From NCBI RefSeq assembly GCF_001194135.2, contig NC_068984.1, forward strand, positions 107,303,301 through 107,353,133: a DNA stretch of 49,833 nt. Direction: 5' to 3'. Below are positions 37,265 to 48,890 of this stretch, one piece after another (the stretch's first letter is position 1; every line of letters begins with the position of its first letter). The notes beneath the pieces were generated by a model that saw nothing but the letters and a program-made list of their open reading frames with translations, did not search any database and was not told the DNA's origin. This DNA is from Octopus bimaculoides (Eukaryota). The position numbers were made by a program, and so were the translations under genes.

Positions 37265-37498
37265 ATCGATGAAGGCATTTACCACTCTGAGCTATTAGTC
37301 ATATCAACATTACTCACCTACCTGCGAAACTCCAATGAAGCATTGGAGAATGATACATTTACCAGGAGTGAATTTCAACAGGTCTTAACTAGTTTCTTCA
37401 GTTTGAGTCCACCTGAAACTGTGACAGAATTTATTGAAGCTGCCAGTAAAGAACTGCAATGCGAAGATAACTTCCAGTATGAGCAGTTATTCACTGAG
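37265..37498 (+). CDS. TSNAXIP1: TSNAXIP1-like exon (EF-hand-like region): IDEGIYHSELLVISTLLTYLRNSNEALENDTFTRSEFQQVLTSFFSLSPPETVTEFIEAASKELQCEDNFQYEQLFTE
   Basis: Pyrimidine tract + CAG acceptor and GAG|GTATGA donor. 234 nt, phase 0/0. Aligns to recalled human ...LTMEQFNTVLKSTFPLKTEEQIQELMEAG...LNYRSLFME. Confidence 0.9.
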
Positions 37499-38075
37499 GT
37501 ATGATTTAGTTTTTCTCTTTCATTTTGAAGGTGAAGGTGTGGCAGTGGAGTTGAAAAGATTGCTTCCCTACCATATGTTATCAAGTTTCATTCCCAATGT
37601 ATAACACCGGAGGCAAGTGTCTTCAAATATTGCCCTAGGTTGACCAAAACCTTGTAAGTGGACCTGGTTGACATAAACTGAAAGAAGCTTCTTGTCATGT
37701 CATCATCATCATCATCATCATCGTTTAATGTCCTCCTTCCGTGCTGGCATGGGTTGGATGATTTGACAGGAGCTGGCCAGGCAGAAGTCTGTACCATACT
37801 TCTGTGTCTGTTTTGGCTTGGTTTTAATGGCCAGAAGGCCTTCCTAACACCAACTACTCTACAGAGTGGGATGTGTGCTGTTTACATAGAACCAGCACAG
37901 GTGAGGTCAGTTTTGGCATGGTTTTTACTATTGGATGCCCTTCCAAATGCCAACCACTTTACAATGTGGACTGGATGCTATTCAAGTAGCACCAGCACTG
38001 GCAGAGTCACCAAGTAACTTTGCAAGACAGGAATCTTTGAGAGGGGAGGGGGAATTGGAGGAGATGATCTTGTGT

Positions 38076-38130
<55 letters not shown>

Positions 38131-39065
38131 TTGTGTATTTATAGATTTATACCAAAATTTGGTAAAAATGTTGTATCTGTTATCAAACATAGCAAAATTC
38201 TCACAAGTGAGTTTTTGTATTTATATCGATTTAATTAAGAGCTAAAAGNNNNNNNNNNNNNNNNNNNNNNNNNNNNNNNNNNNNNNNNNNNNNNNNNNNN
38301 NNNNNNNNNNNNNNNNNNNNNNNNNNNNNNNNNNNNNNNNNNNNNNNNNNNNNNNNNNNNNNNNNNNNNNNNNNNNNNNNNNNNNNNNNNNNNNNNNNNN
38401 NNNNNNNNNNNNNNNNNNNNNNNNNNNNNNNNNNNNNNNNNNNNNNNNNNNNNNNNNNNNNNNNNNNNNNNNNNNNNNNNNNNNNNNNNNNNNNNNNNNN
38501 NNNNNNNNNNNNNNNNNNNNNNNNNNNNNNNNNNNNNNNNNNNNNNNNNNNNNATATATATCATCATCATCTTTATTGTGTGTGTGTTTGTTTGTGTATC
38601 CCTTTGTCTTGAGATCATATGATAATTGTAAATGAGTATCCCCATCATACAAGTGATGTTCATTTCCAATCTTCCATGTGGAACATGTCTAGCCAAGGAG
38701 ATATATTCACTTACTTAGAAACAAGTGCAAGCTGGCAACAGGAAAGGCATCCAGCCTTAGAAAATCTACCTCAGCAAATTGTGTCTGACCCATGTAAGTG
38801 ATATTAAATGACGATGAAGATAATAATGTACATTATTGCAAATGAGAGAATCATCTTGCTCAGCATCTATATTATTATTTTTCCTTTTTTTCTTTTTTAA
38901 TGAAGTGAAAGAAATAAAGTATATTATTTTTATGCATTTATTTGCATTAAATTACACTGGTCTACAAGTTTTTAGGTGTTTAGGAAATAGACATCATTCC
39001 TATACAAAATCAATCTCCTGAATTCAAATATAACCTTCTTTTTGATCCATCAGATCCAGTTTTTA

Positions 39066-39880
39066 AGTTATTGAGCCGTATAATCACATGGACGACTGCT
39101 ATTTTTGTAACCTAAATTCAAAGGGTATTAACCAGAATAATCAACAAATGCTTGTCTATCCTAATCTTGCCTCTGCTATTAGACCGGTTCCACACAGTGA
39201 AGAGCTTCCTGTTCTTGTCTTCAATGTCTTGCATCAGATAACTTTACCATCAGCTAAAGAAGATTCATCACTTGAAGATGGCACTAGGTATCAAGACTTT
39301 CCAGTTGAGACTTTACCCCAGCTATTCTCCCAGGTAGAGCTGAATGATCTAGTCCATGACTTGAACCTCCCAAAAAATTCTGCAGAACTTTTGGCTTCCC
39401 AACTGAAAGAGAAGAATCTTCTAGAAAATGTTGTTCGTATAACCTTTTATCAGAGTCAGCATGAAGAGTTCCTTTCTTTCTTCACAAAAGAGGAAGAGCT
39501 GGTTTACTGTAGAGATGTCAATGGGCTTCTTAATAAACTTGGCATTGAGAAATACAAACCAGAGGAACGGCATCTTTTCATAGACAGCTCTAAATGTAGT
39601 TTAAAATGTGTGTTGTTGCACAATGGAAATGTGTATGGCTCTGTCCCACTCAGCCACTCAACAACTCTGAAGGAAAAATATGAAAAAATTAAGTTGGTTT
39701 TAGAGAAGATTTTGTGTCATGATTGTAAATGGGTAATCTGCGTTGACTTAAAGATGGTGAATTTTCTCATGGGACAACAATTTGGTTATACCAAATACCC
39801 ATGCTTTCTTTGCATGTGGGACAGTAGAGACCGGGTAAACCACTATGTTAAGAAAGACTAGCCATCTCAAACAAATATGG
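39066..39880 (+). mobile_element. Chapaev3-like (CMC superfamily) transposase fragment, 257-aa open frame
   Basis: NHMDDCYFC...YPNLASAIRPVPH...FSQVELNDLVHDLNL..ELLAS.LKEKNLL...LFIDSS..SLKCVLLHNGN...ICVDLKMVNFLMGQQFGYTKYPCFLCMWDSR. It ends at KD*P (TGG>TAG). The family name is from memory. Confidence 0.7.
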
Positions 39881-40754
39881 CTCTGAAGTTATTTCTTAAT
39901 TTAGCAAGCAATATCACTTAAGAATTCATTGAAATATTCCATGCACCAGACAAAAAAAAAATTTTGTTGCCCAGTGTTTTCTTTCAATTCAACTTTTAAT
40001 TTTTTAATCATAGAATCCTTATCAAAGCTGTTGTTTCAATCTAGTTGGATCTCTTCAGTACAACACAGTCAGAAATCAAGGGTCTATTAAACAGTAAATT
40101 ATATTAAATCAATTTATTAATTTGCAGGAGATTAAGGTGGCAACCTGGCAAAATCATTAGCAGGCTAGACAAAATGCTCAATGGTATTTCATACATCTTT
40201 ACATTCTGAGTTCAAATTCTGCCAAAGCTAACTTTGCTTTTCATCCTTTCGGTTTTGATAAGATAGGTACCAGTTGATCACTGGCTTAATGTAATTTGTT
40301 ATCCCCCTCCCATGATATTGCTGGCGTTGTGCCAAAATTCAAAACCAATGTACAGATTTACAGAAAGATAAGAGATAGGGGAGGCGAGGTATGTAATGAA
40401 AACATTTCTTCAGATGGAAGTCATTATCTGCATTTTGTCTTATTGCTAAATAATTCTGAAAAAAAAAAACTGTGAGAGACATTGAACAATCAGGATTTCA
40501 ACCATGTTGAGTCACCTCAACTTCTGAGTTTGTCAACATATACTGCCTCATTAGATTGAATATAATTTAGACACATTAACATTTTATGGTTTGAGACAGT
40601 TGGCACCATCCAAATGTAATTTTTTTCTTTATATTCTGCTTTGAAAAGAATGTCTGTATTTACATTGCAAGTACCTAACTGCAGTCATCTAAAATATTAT
40701 ATGGGGTGTTAATAAATATTATTGTCAAGTATGTAAATGCTAAAGATTCAATCG

Positions 40755-40827
40755 TCATAGCACCGCAGTTGGTTTTTTGCTGCTACTACTGCTACTACTA
40801 CTACTACTGCTGCTACTACAACTACTA

Positions 40828-40875
<48 letters not shown>

Positions 40876-40990
40876 GCACCGCAGTTGGTCTTTTGCTGCT
40901 ACTACTGCTATTACTACTACTGCTGCTGCTGCTGCTACTACTACTACTACGGCTACAACTCCTGCTGCTACTGCTACTACTACTACCATC
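40755..40990 (+). repeat. Two-copy ~116 bp tandem duplication with (CTA/CTG)n
   Basis: tcatagcaccgcagttgg(t/c)ttttgctgctactactgc occurs at 40755 and 40871. Confidence 0.85.
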
Positions 40991-41204
40991 ACCACCACCA
41001 CCACCACCACCAATATTAACAACAACAGCAAAACGACAACAATAATAATAACACTGGTCAACAAGTATTGTTCATCAAGCATATGTCAAGGTGTACTTAG
41101 TGTAGTTTTTAATGCTGATTTCAAATATACAATTAGTTTTTTTTTTATATCTCGTACACTTTTCAACATGAGAAAGTTTTTTGGTTCTACCTCATGCATT
41201 ATAT

Positions 41205-41722
41205 GTGGAGGCGCGTGGCTTAGTGGTTAGGGTGTCACCATCATGATCGTAAGATTGTGGTTACAATTCCTGGACCGGGCGACGCATTGTGTTTTTGAGC
41301 AAAACACTTCATTTTACGTTGCTCCAGTGTACTCAGCTGGCAAAAATGAGTAACGCTGCGATGGACTGGCGTCCCATCCAGCTGGGGAACACATACGCCA
41401 TTGAAACTGGGAAACCGGGCCCATAAACCTGGCTAGGCTTTAAAAGGGTGCATTTATTATTTGTGGAGGCACATGACTTAGTGGTTAGGGTGTCAGCACC
41501 ATGATCATAAGATTGTGGTTTCGATTCCTGGACCAGGTGATGCATTGTGTTCTTGAGCAAAACACTTCATTTCACGTTGCTCCAGTCCACTCAGCTGGCA
41601 AAAATGAGTAACGCTGCGATGGACCGGCGTCCCATCCAGCTGGAGAACACATACGCCATTGAAACCTGGAAACTGGGCCCATGAGCCTGGCTAGACTTTT
41701 AAAGGGTGCATTTTTTTTTTTT
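41205..41722 (+). mobile_element. Head-to-tail dimer of family C tRNA-derived SINE with a single 13-bp TSD
   Basis: Monomers start at ~41205 and ~41463. tcatgcattatat flanks the dimer at 41192-41204 and 41723-41735. Confidence 0.85.
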
Positions 41723-42054
41723 TCATGCATTATATAGAAATTCCAATTAATGATGTGTATTTATTTATTTATGTGTTTCAGCCAAGTGGCTGCGGTCATG
41801 CTGGTGCACCAATGTATTTCATTTGCATCATGGAAACATACCTTTAAAATAAACTACATTATTTATTGTTGTATAGTTCAGATGCAATATTTCATCATCT
41901 TAAATTAACCAATGAACTTTTGTTTGATGAAATAGGTATTTCAACATCTCAAATTGTCCAGTCATAATTGGTCTGATGAAATATTTCATCATCTCAAATT
42001 CGATATAAGTATAACGATTTGTATCTATTTCCTTACTTGTTTTACAGTGTTAAA

Positions 42055-42430
42055 AATGTCGAGACAGTGTAGAAATCGTCCTGATGTGTTTTGTTATGTC
42101 TGTGGAGAATTTATTGTGAAAGCTCAAAAATGTGCAATAACACCAGAGATCAAGAAGATTTATAAGCTATACTTTGAGTGTCCTCTTGGAGATCAGGACA
42201 AGCTATGGGCACCACATTTTATCTGTTCAGCTTGTTCAAATGGCATATGGGACTGGTTCAATAAGAAGTGCATGCCTTTTGCCATTCCAGTGATATGGAG
42301 GGAGTCAAAAGACCATTTTAATGACTGTTATTTTTCCGAGGCAAATGTCACAGGATTTTCTGTAAAGAAAAAACACAAAATTGTGTATCTCAATTTGGAT
42401 TCTGCACCAACTATTTTAAATCATCAGTAA
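42055..42430 (+). mobile_element. Chapaev3-like transposase N-terminal zinc-finger fragment
   Basis: MSRQCRNRPDVFCYVCGE...LGDQDKLWAPHFICSAC...PVIWRESKDHFNDCYF...LNLDSA. Confidence 0.72.
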
Positions 42431-42459
42431 AGCTCAATCCCACACCACCAAAAATGTTT

Positions 42460-44385
42460 GATCAGTGAAATTGAAAATGCCCTGAAACTTATGAAGACAT
42501 ATAGCTCCTGAGGAAGATGGCATCACAACAAAGATGTTAAGAAGAGGTGGTGAAGAGCTGTGGAAAATCTTCATTCTACATTTCAAACGCTGTCTGAAAA
42601 TAGTCAAATACCATCTTGCTTTATAAAAAGGGTTATAAAGAATATTTTAAAAAATAAAAAAACTATAGTCCCATATGCCTTTAGTCTCACCTCTATAAGC
42701 TGTTTACAAATGTCATAGTCACCAGATTATCAAAACACCTTAACAATGAACAGCCGAGAGAGCAAGCAGGTTTCTGTAAGAACTATATCACTATAGAGCA
42801 TGTACTCACTCTAACACAGCTCATAGAACAAACAAACGAATACAAACTTCCTCTTTGAATTGTTTTTGTTATTTACAAAAAGGCCTGCAGTGTTGAAATT
42901 GCTGGAAATGCAAGGTATCGAAGCACAATGCATCAAACTGCTCAGAAATATGAACTCTGGATGCACAACAGATGTAGCTTTGCTATCACCACCAATAAGG
43001 ATCCCAACTGAGAACGGTGTCAAATAAGGTGATAGCATCTCTCCAAAGCTTTTTACTGCATTTCTGCAAATGGTCAAGGACATCAACTGGGCAAGTGGTG
43101 CAAACATCAATGGCAAGCAACTAGCACATCTTTGATTCGCAGATGGTATCGTCCTCATCACTGAAACTATAGACCAACTTCAAACCATACTAACAGAACT
43201 TAACACTCAGAGCTTAGCTGCAAGACTTAGAATGAACCACATAAAAACAAAATATATGTGGCCAGAAGGCATAGCACAAGGCCAAATAGAGGTAGGAAGC
43301 AATGAAATCAAAGAGGTAAAGGGGTATGTCTACTTAGGGCACACAGTCAATATGCTCCAAGATATGAAATCGAAATCGAAATTGAACCAAATTCGATGAC
43401 TGGTACCCATGCCATTGGAGCGCTAACAACACCGTCCAAGCGTGATCATTGCCAGAGCAGCTGTCTGGCTTCTGTGCTGGTGGCACATAAAAAGCACCAT
43501 TTGAGCATGATCGTTACCAGCGTCGCCTTATTGGCACTTGTGCCGGTAGCACGTGAAAAAACATTCAAGTGTGGTCATTGCCAGTGACACTGGACTGGCT
43601 CCTGTGCAGGTGGCATGTAAAAAACATCATTTTAGCATGGCTGTTGCCAGTACCACCTGACTGGCCCTTGTGCCAGTGACACGTAAAAACACCCACTACA
43701 CTCTCAGAGTGGTTGGTGTTAGGAAGGGAATCCAGCTGCAGAAACTCCGCCAGATCAGCCATCTGGTGCGCCAGTCCTCAGTCAAATCGTTCAACCCATG
43801 CTAGCATGGAAAGCAGACGTTAAATGATAATGATGATGATATGAATGCTGAAATCTTTAAGAGAATAAGGGCAAGATGGAAGACATTTAACTCAATAAAA
43901 GTTGTACTCCAAACAAAGCTAGACAATACCATATATGCCAGACTTTTCAACAGTACTGTCCTACTTGTGTTCTTTTACACAAGTGAGATGTGGGCTACTA
44001 CAAAAAGGATAGACCGTTGATTGGTAACAACACAAAGGACCATTTGTTAGGGTCTGTGTTAGGAATATCATCAAGAGAGCACATTTGAAATGAAATAATT
44101 CATGAAAGGAGTGGAGAGACATGTGATCACTGAATACTGAAAGCATAAGTTCCACTGGGCTGGACATGTCACAATTTTCACAGGCAACAAGTGGACCTGT
44201 GCAGTTGCTGAGTGATATCCAAGCTGTTGAAAAAGGCCTCCATGACGATGGGAAGACGATTTGGTCAAGCAATTTGGGTCAAGATGGAAAAGAATGGTGC
44301 TATCAAGAAAGAATTGGAAGCACATTCTGACCACTGGTGTATAACAGCATCTGATGCTGTTACCAACACTGTGATACTGTGATAA
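42460..44385 (+). mobile_element. RTE-clade LINE RT and 3' end (decayed), interrupted at 43369-43837
   Basis: APEEDG, NYSPICL, EQAGF, GVK*GDSISPKLF, L*FADGIVL, YVYLGH, and after the insert FNSTVL...EMW and KFHWAGHV...RPP*RWED. Confidence 0.9.
43369..43837 (+). mobile_element. Family D retroposon inserted into the RTE element with 8-bp TSD GATATGAA
   Basis: gatatgaa at 43361-43368 and 43838-43845. Internal gccagt...actgg...gtggcacgtaaaa repeats and a (GAT)n tail. Confidence 0.8.
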
Positions 44386-44704
44386 ATAGATGTTACATAA
44401 TGTTGAAATTTAGGTTGTCTCTCTCATCAAAGGCTTAATCACTGCTGTTTTAATATTGTTTAACTAAAACTAATTATTTCAAAATTATTTTATTTCATCT
44501 TTTGCAAACTCAGTATATACATTTTGTAATATATATATTTATATATNNNNNNNNNNNNNNNNNNNNNNNNNNNNNNNNNNNNNNNNNNNNNNNNNNNNNN
44601 NNNNNNNNNNNNNNNNNNNNNNNNNNNNNNNNNNNNNNNNNNNNNNNNNNNNNNNNNNNNNNNNNNNNNNNNNNNNNNNNNNNNNNNNNNNNATTTTTCG
44701 ATGC

Positions 44705-44771
<67 letters not shown>

Positions 44772-44817
44772 ACCCCAAGATTCTAAGTTCAATGTTATTA
44801 TTATTATTATGGTCACC

Positions 44818-44849
<32 letters not shown>

Positions 44850-44850
<1 letters not shown>

Positions 44851-45000
44851 TCGAAAAATACCTTAGGAATGAGAACCCAGGTTCGAAATTTCCCCAAGAC
44901 ACCTGATGAAGGCTTGGAGGGTATATCAGCCAAAATATTGTGTCAGCAACAAACAAGATGAAGACAAATATCTGTCAATTGTAAATAATGTAAATAATGT
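44850..45000 (+). mobile_element. Penelope-like pLTR fragment carrying a hammerhead-like motif
   Basis: Contains gacac-CTGATGA-a-ggcttg...cagcc-aAAA-ta-TT-gtgtc. Preceded by (TAA)n and followed by (tgtaaataa)n. Confidence 0.55.
44898..44944 (+). ncRNA. Degenerate minimal type I hammerhead ribozyme motif
   Basis: Stem I GACAC/GTGTC; core CTGATGA (44903-44909); stem II GGCT(T)G/CAGCC; AAAA in place of GAAA; short TA loop; UU cleavage site. Confidence 0.55.
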
Positions 45001-45829
45001 ATATATTTATTTACTTTGATAATTTTTCCATAAAAATATTACCAGTCAACATTTTGTTATTGTTACGTTGTCTCTTTTTCAGCTGATTTGAAGGAGACTT
45101 AACTTCTATTTCTAGCAGGTTGAGATACTGTGCAAAAACTCTCACATTTGTGAATTTGTATGTGTATTAGTAATATATTTAGCTAAAAATGAATGTCAAA
45201 GGGAATTTTATAATAATTTTTGTCCACAATTTTAACAACATTTCTTAACCAAAACTTCATGATACATAAGCAAAATGGTAAATGATGTCTAAGTGAATTA
45301 TTTATACTCACAATAAAGAATGTTTGCATGACATTTTTTATTTTGTAATTTTTGTATATCAACAAATATTTAAACAGAAAATTATATATTTGGCTTACAA
45401 ATGGCAGAATTGAATTTGTTTTACTGAGTAAAGATTTTCATTGCATACTTCAATATAGTCTCACCTCAGTGAAGACTCATGGCTCAGTGGTTGGAACATC
45501 TAGTGTACAATTGTGAGTTGTGAGTTCAATTCCTACACCAGGCTATGTGTTGTATTCTTGAGCAAGACACTTTATTTCATGTTGCTCCTGTTCACTCAGC
45601 TGTAGAAATGAGTTTCAATGTCACTGGTGCCAAGATGTATCAGCCTTTGCCTTTCTTTTGGTGGCATGGAGAAGGGAGACTGATATACATGTGTGGCTAC
45701 TGGTCTTCCACAAAACGACCTTGACCAAACTTATCCCTTGGAGGGGAACTTTCTAGGTGCAATCCCATGGTCATTTGTGACTGAAGGAGTTCACCTCTAC
45801 TCTCAACTGTATTGTTGCTCATTCTACTT

Positions 45830-47520
45830 ATGGGTGAACAGTTCTGCTTCTCTTGAGCCAGTATCTTCTGTATCATCTAATCTACTTCACAATCTTTAAC
45901 AATTCTAGACAACGCCTGACACTTAAGCCTGAGACATGATCATGAACTTTTCTACAATCCATCCATTGATGCTTAAATTTTTTGTTCTCTTTTAGCTATT
46001 CTTCAAGACCATCATATCAAGTTTTAATTATTCGTTTGTTCTTTTGCTTCACTTTTGACAGCCTATCTGTTTGTAAGATATTCAATGTTTCTCATAAGGT
46101 ATCTCTTCTCTAGAATGACAGCACCTGTTCCAGACCCTTTTATCATACTTTAGCTCCTCAACAACTGGCACAAAGTCACATCCCTCTCTACTAAACCCCA
46201 CTAAGTTGAAGTAGCCTTTTCTTTGTCTGGGAAATTACTTGACAATTTTACTTGAGCTGGTGCCAAAAAGAAAAAAGGTACCAGTGCACTCTGCAAAGTG
46301 ATTTGCATTAGGAAGGGCATCCAGCCACAGAAAACATACGAAAGCTACCACTGGAACTGAACACAGGTCTCCAGTTCATCAGATCCTGTTAAACCATCAA
46401 ATCCTTGCCTGCATGGATCAAGAACTTTAAATAATAATAATGACGATGATGATGATGACAACGATGACAACATGGTAGTGGTGGTGGTCGTCGTCGTGGT
46501 CATGGTGGTATTATTATTATTATTAGTAGTAGTAGTAGTAATTATCCCCACTAGGAGTTTCCACATAGGATGTAGATATGTAACTGGTCAATAAATAATT
46601 AAAGGCAATGTTTCCTTTTAACTTCTCTTTCAATATCAGACAAATTTCTTCTTATTTTAACCAGAGTGATAGATTCTACCTTGTCCAATACTCATTCAGC
46701 TGTGTCAGTATAGTTTCATGGAGATTTGTAACCTGCCAAGTTATACAGTTAAATTGATTATTTTCATCCAGTAACCATGAACAAGATCTGGTCCAGTTTT
46801 CTTATCTTTATCAATTTCTTGAGAATATTTTCTTTCATGATGGTAAAATCCTCTTACATCTCAACATTTTCAGTGTAATTTTCCACTGGCTTTATCCATT
46901 GTGCTTTATTATTGTACTTGGCACTTTCCCCAAATTTCTTTTCAAAATAGTTTTCTTTCTTCAGTATTCTGTTTCATGTTATCATTTTTCTCATTATCTT
47001 GAAGAGTGCCAAATGGACGTTTCTGATTTGATTGAAGAAAACAATTTTCCTTATATTGTTTGTTTCTTTTGACTCTCTGATTTTGACAGCTTTTGTTCTT
47101 CAATCGTTGTCCCAATTCCATTTTTCTTCATGTGATTCATTTTCTCTAAACTACTTTTCTTTACATTTTTCATTTATCCCGCTTCTAATGGTCTCCATTA
47201 GCATCTGCTTGGTTCTTCTTTTGTCCTTTCTTTTTATTCCCAACATTCTCCCACTGCATTAGCACATACTAATATATCGTGCGTTGATATTTTTTATTCT
47301 CACAGATAATCTTACCATGTTCTTTCTTAAATCTTGTTTCACTCCACTGTCCTCAAATTAACTGTCTCTAGGGTCTTCAGTCCTTCTAGTATCCATTTCA
47401 GTTTTTCAAGGGTCCCTCATTGATTGTCATCAAAGCTATTCACATCAAATTCACTTTCCTCATGTATGCCCCTTCTTGTTATTATATTCTCCTAGTTGGC
47501 ACTCACTAATATCAGTATCA
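45830..47520 (-). mobile_element. R4/Dong-like non-LTR retrotransposon RT remnant, interrupted by a family D copy at ~46255-46540
   Basis: The minus strand gives KTGPDLVHGYWMK...LHETI..QLN (R4-type PGPDxxxxYWxK.L..LH). The remainder is heavily frameshifted. Confidence 0.55.
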
Positions 47521-47782
47521 CAGACAGGTGATGGATTGGCAGAATCATAACAGAATTAATTGAAATACATTGTTCTTCTGGATTTTTACATTCTGAGTTC
47601 AAATCTTGCTAAAGTCAACTTTGTCTTTGACTCTTCCAAAGTAAATTAAATAAAGTACCAGTCACATACTGAGATAAATATAATTTACTAAGCTCTTTTT
47701 TCTGTTGATGTTAAGACTAAACTGGTGGCCTTGTGTCTAAATTAGAAACAACAACAACAACAACAACAATAATGATAATAAC

Positions 47783-47825
<43 letters not shown>

Positions 47826-48107
47826 GTTGTTGTTGATGATATTATGATGATTATTATTATTTACTTTTAATTTGCATGTTTGTTGCAATCATTCACAGAG
47901 ACACACCCAGCATCCTAGGGTGAGTGAAAGATAAGAGATGTTACAGTATGACTGAAAGTTTAGGGAGAGCAAGTGGCAGGGACAGTAGCAAAATATCTTC
48001 ATGTAATTCAAAGCATATATACCAAGACAAAACAATGTACATGATAACACTTTCAATCAATTAAGATCCAAAACCATGAGAGCCACTGTCTGGTACTGCA
48101 TCAGGGC

Positions 48108-48198
<91 letters not shown>
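48108..48198. repeat. (ATA)n(TTA)n AT-rich palindrome
   Basis: Direct reading. Confidence 0.9.
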
Positions 48199-48199
<1 letters not shown>

Positions 48200-48699
48200 G
48201 ACAGTGATCAAGTTGAATCGTTACATCATCATAAAATTGCCTTGCTAACAAAAGAAAGAAATTCCATAACAGCTGTGACTTAGAAGAAACTATAGCATAA
48301 CAAACTAAATGCTTTCCAGTATTTGGTTTTGTCCTTTACGTTCTGAGCTCTGCAAAACCCAGTAGTGTTGACTTCATATTTCTGTAGGTGATAGACTTAG
48401 TTTAATCTTGATTCTTAGTTCAAACTCTATCTTGGTCAAATTATAGTTTTATTAATCCAGAGTTGACTCTGTGTGTGATACCATCTCTATAAAAGAAAGT
48501 TCACCTTGTAGCTAACTATTAAATCCATATGGTAATTTCTCACTATAAATCTTCCAATCCTTTTAGAAACTAGAGGTTTTGTCTTGTATAAAAATTATAA
48601 AAATTGTCTTTCTATGATTTGAACCAAAAATACTGAGGGATATAAATTAATACAGTTTTTTTTCTTCTTTTTTTGCTTGTTAACAATATTACATATACT

Positions 48700-48890
48700 T
48701 TGTTTACATTCTGAGTTCAAATTCCACTGAGGTCGACTTTGCCTGAGGTCAACTTTGCCTGAAGTTGACTTTGCTTTTCCTCCTTTAGGGGGTCAGTAAA
48801 ATAAGTACCAGTTGAACACTGGGGTTGATGTAATCTATTTATCACCTTCTCCAAAACTGCTGGCCTTGTGCCAAAATTTGAAACCAGTAT
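48700..48890 (+). mobile_element. Family B SINE with an internal 3x16 bp tandem expansion
   Basis: ctgaggtcgactttgc / ctgaggtcaactttgc / ctgaagttgactttgc at 48727-48774. Confidence 0.85.

Noticed and set aside
41205-41540. tRNA-like A/B boxes (also near 14950, 31930 and 45480)
   Set aside because: They are SINE heads continuing into repeat bodies, with no complete cloverleaf, so not tRNA genes.
40755-48774. Short direct repeats that could mimic a CRISPR array
   Set aside because: Eukaryotic context, only 2-3 units, no unique regular spacers and no cas genes.
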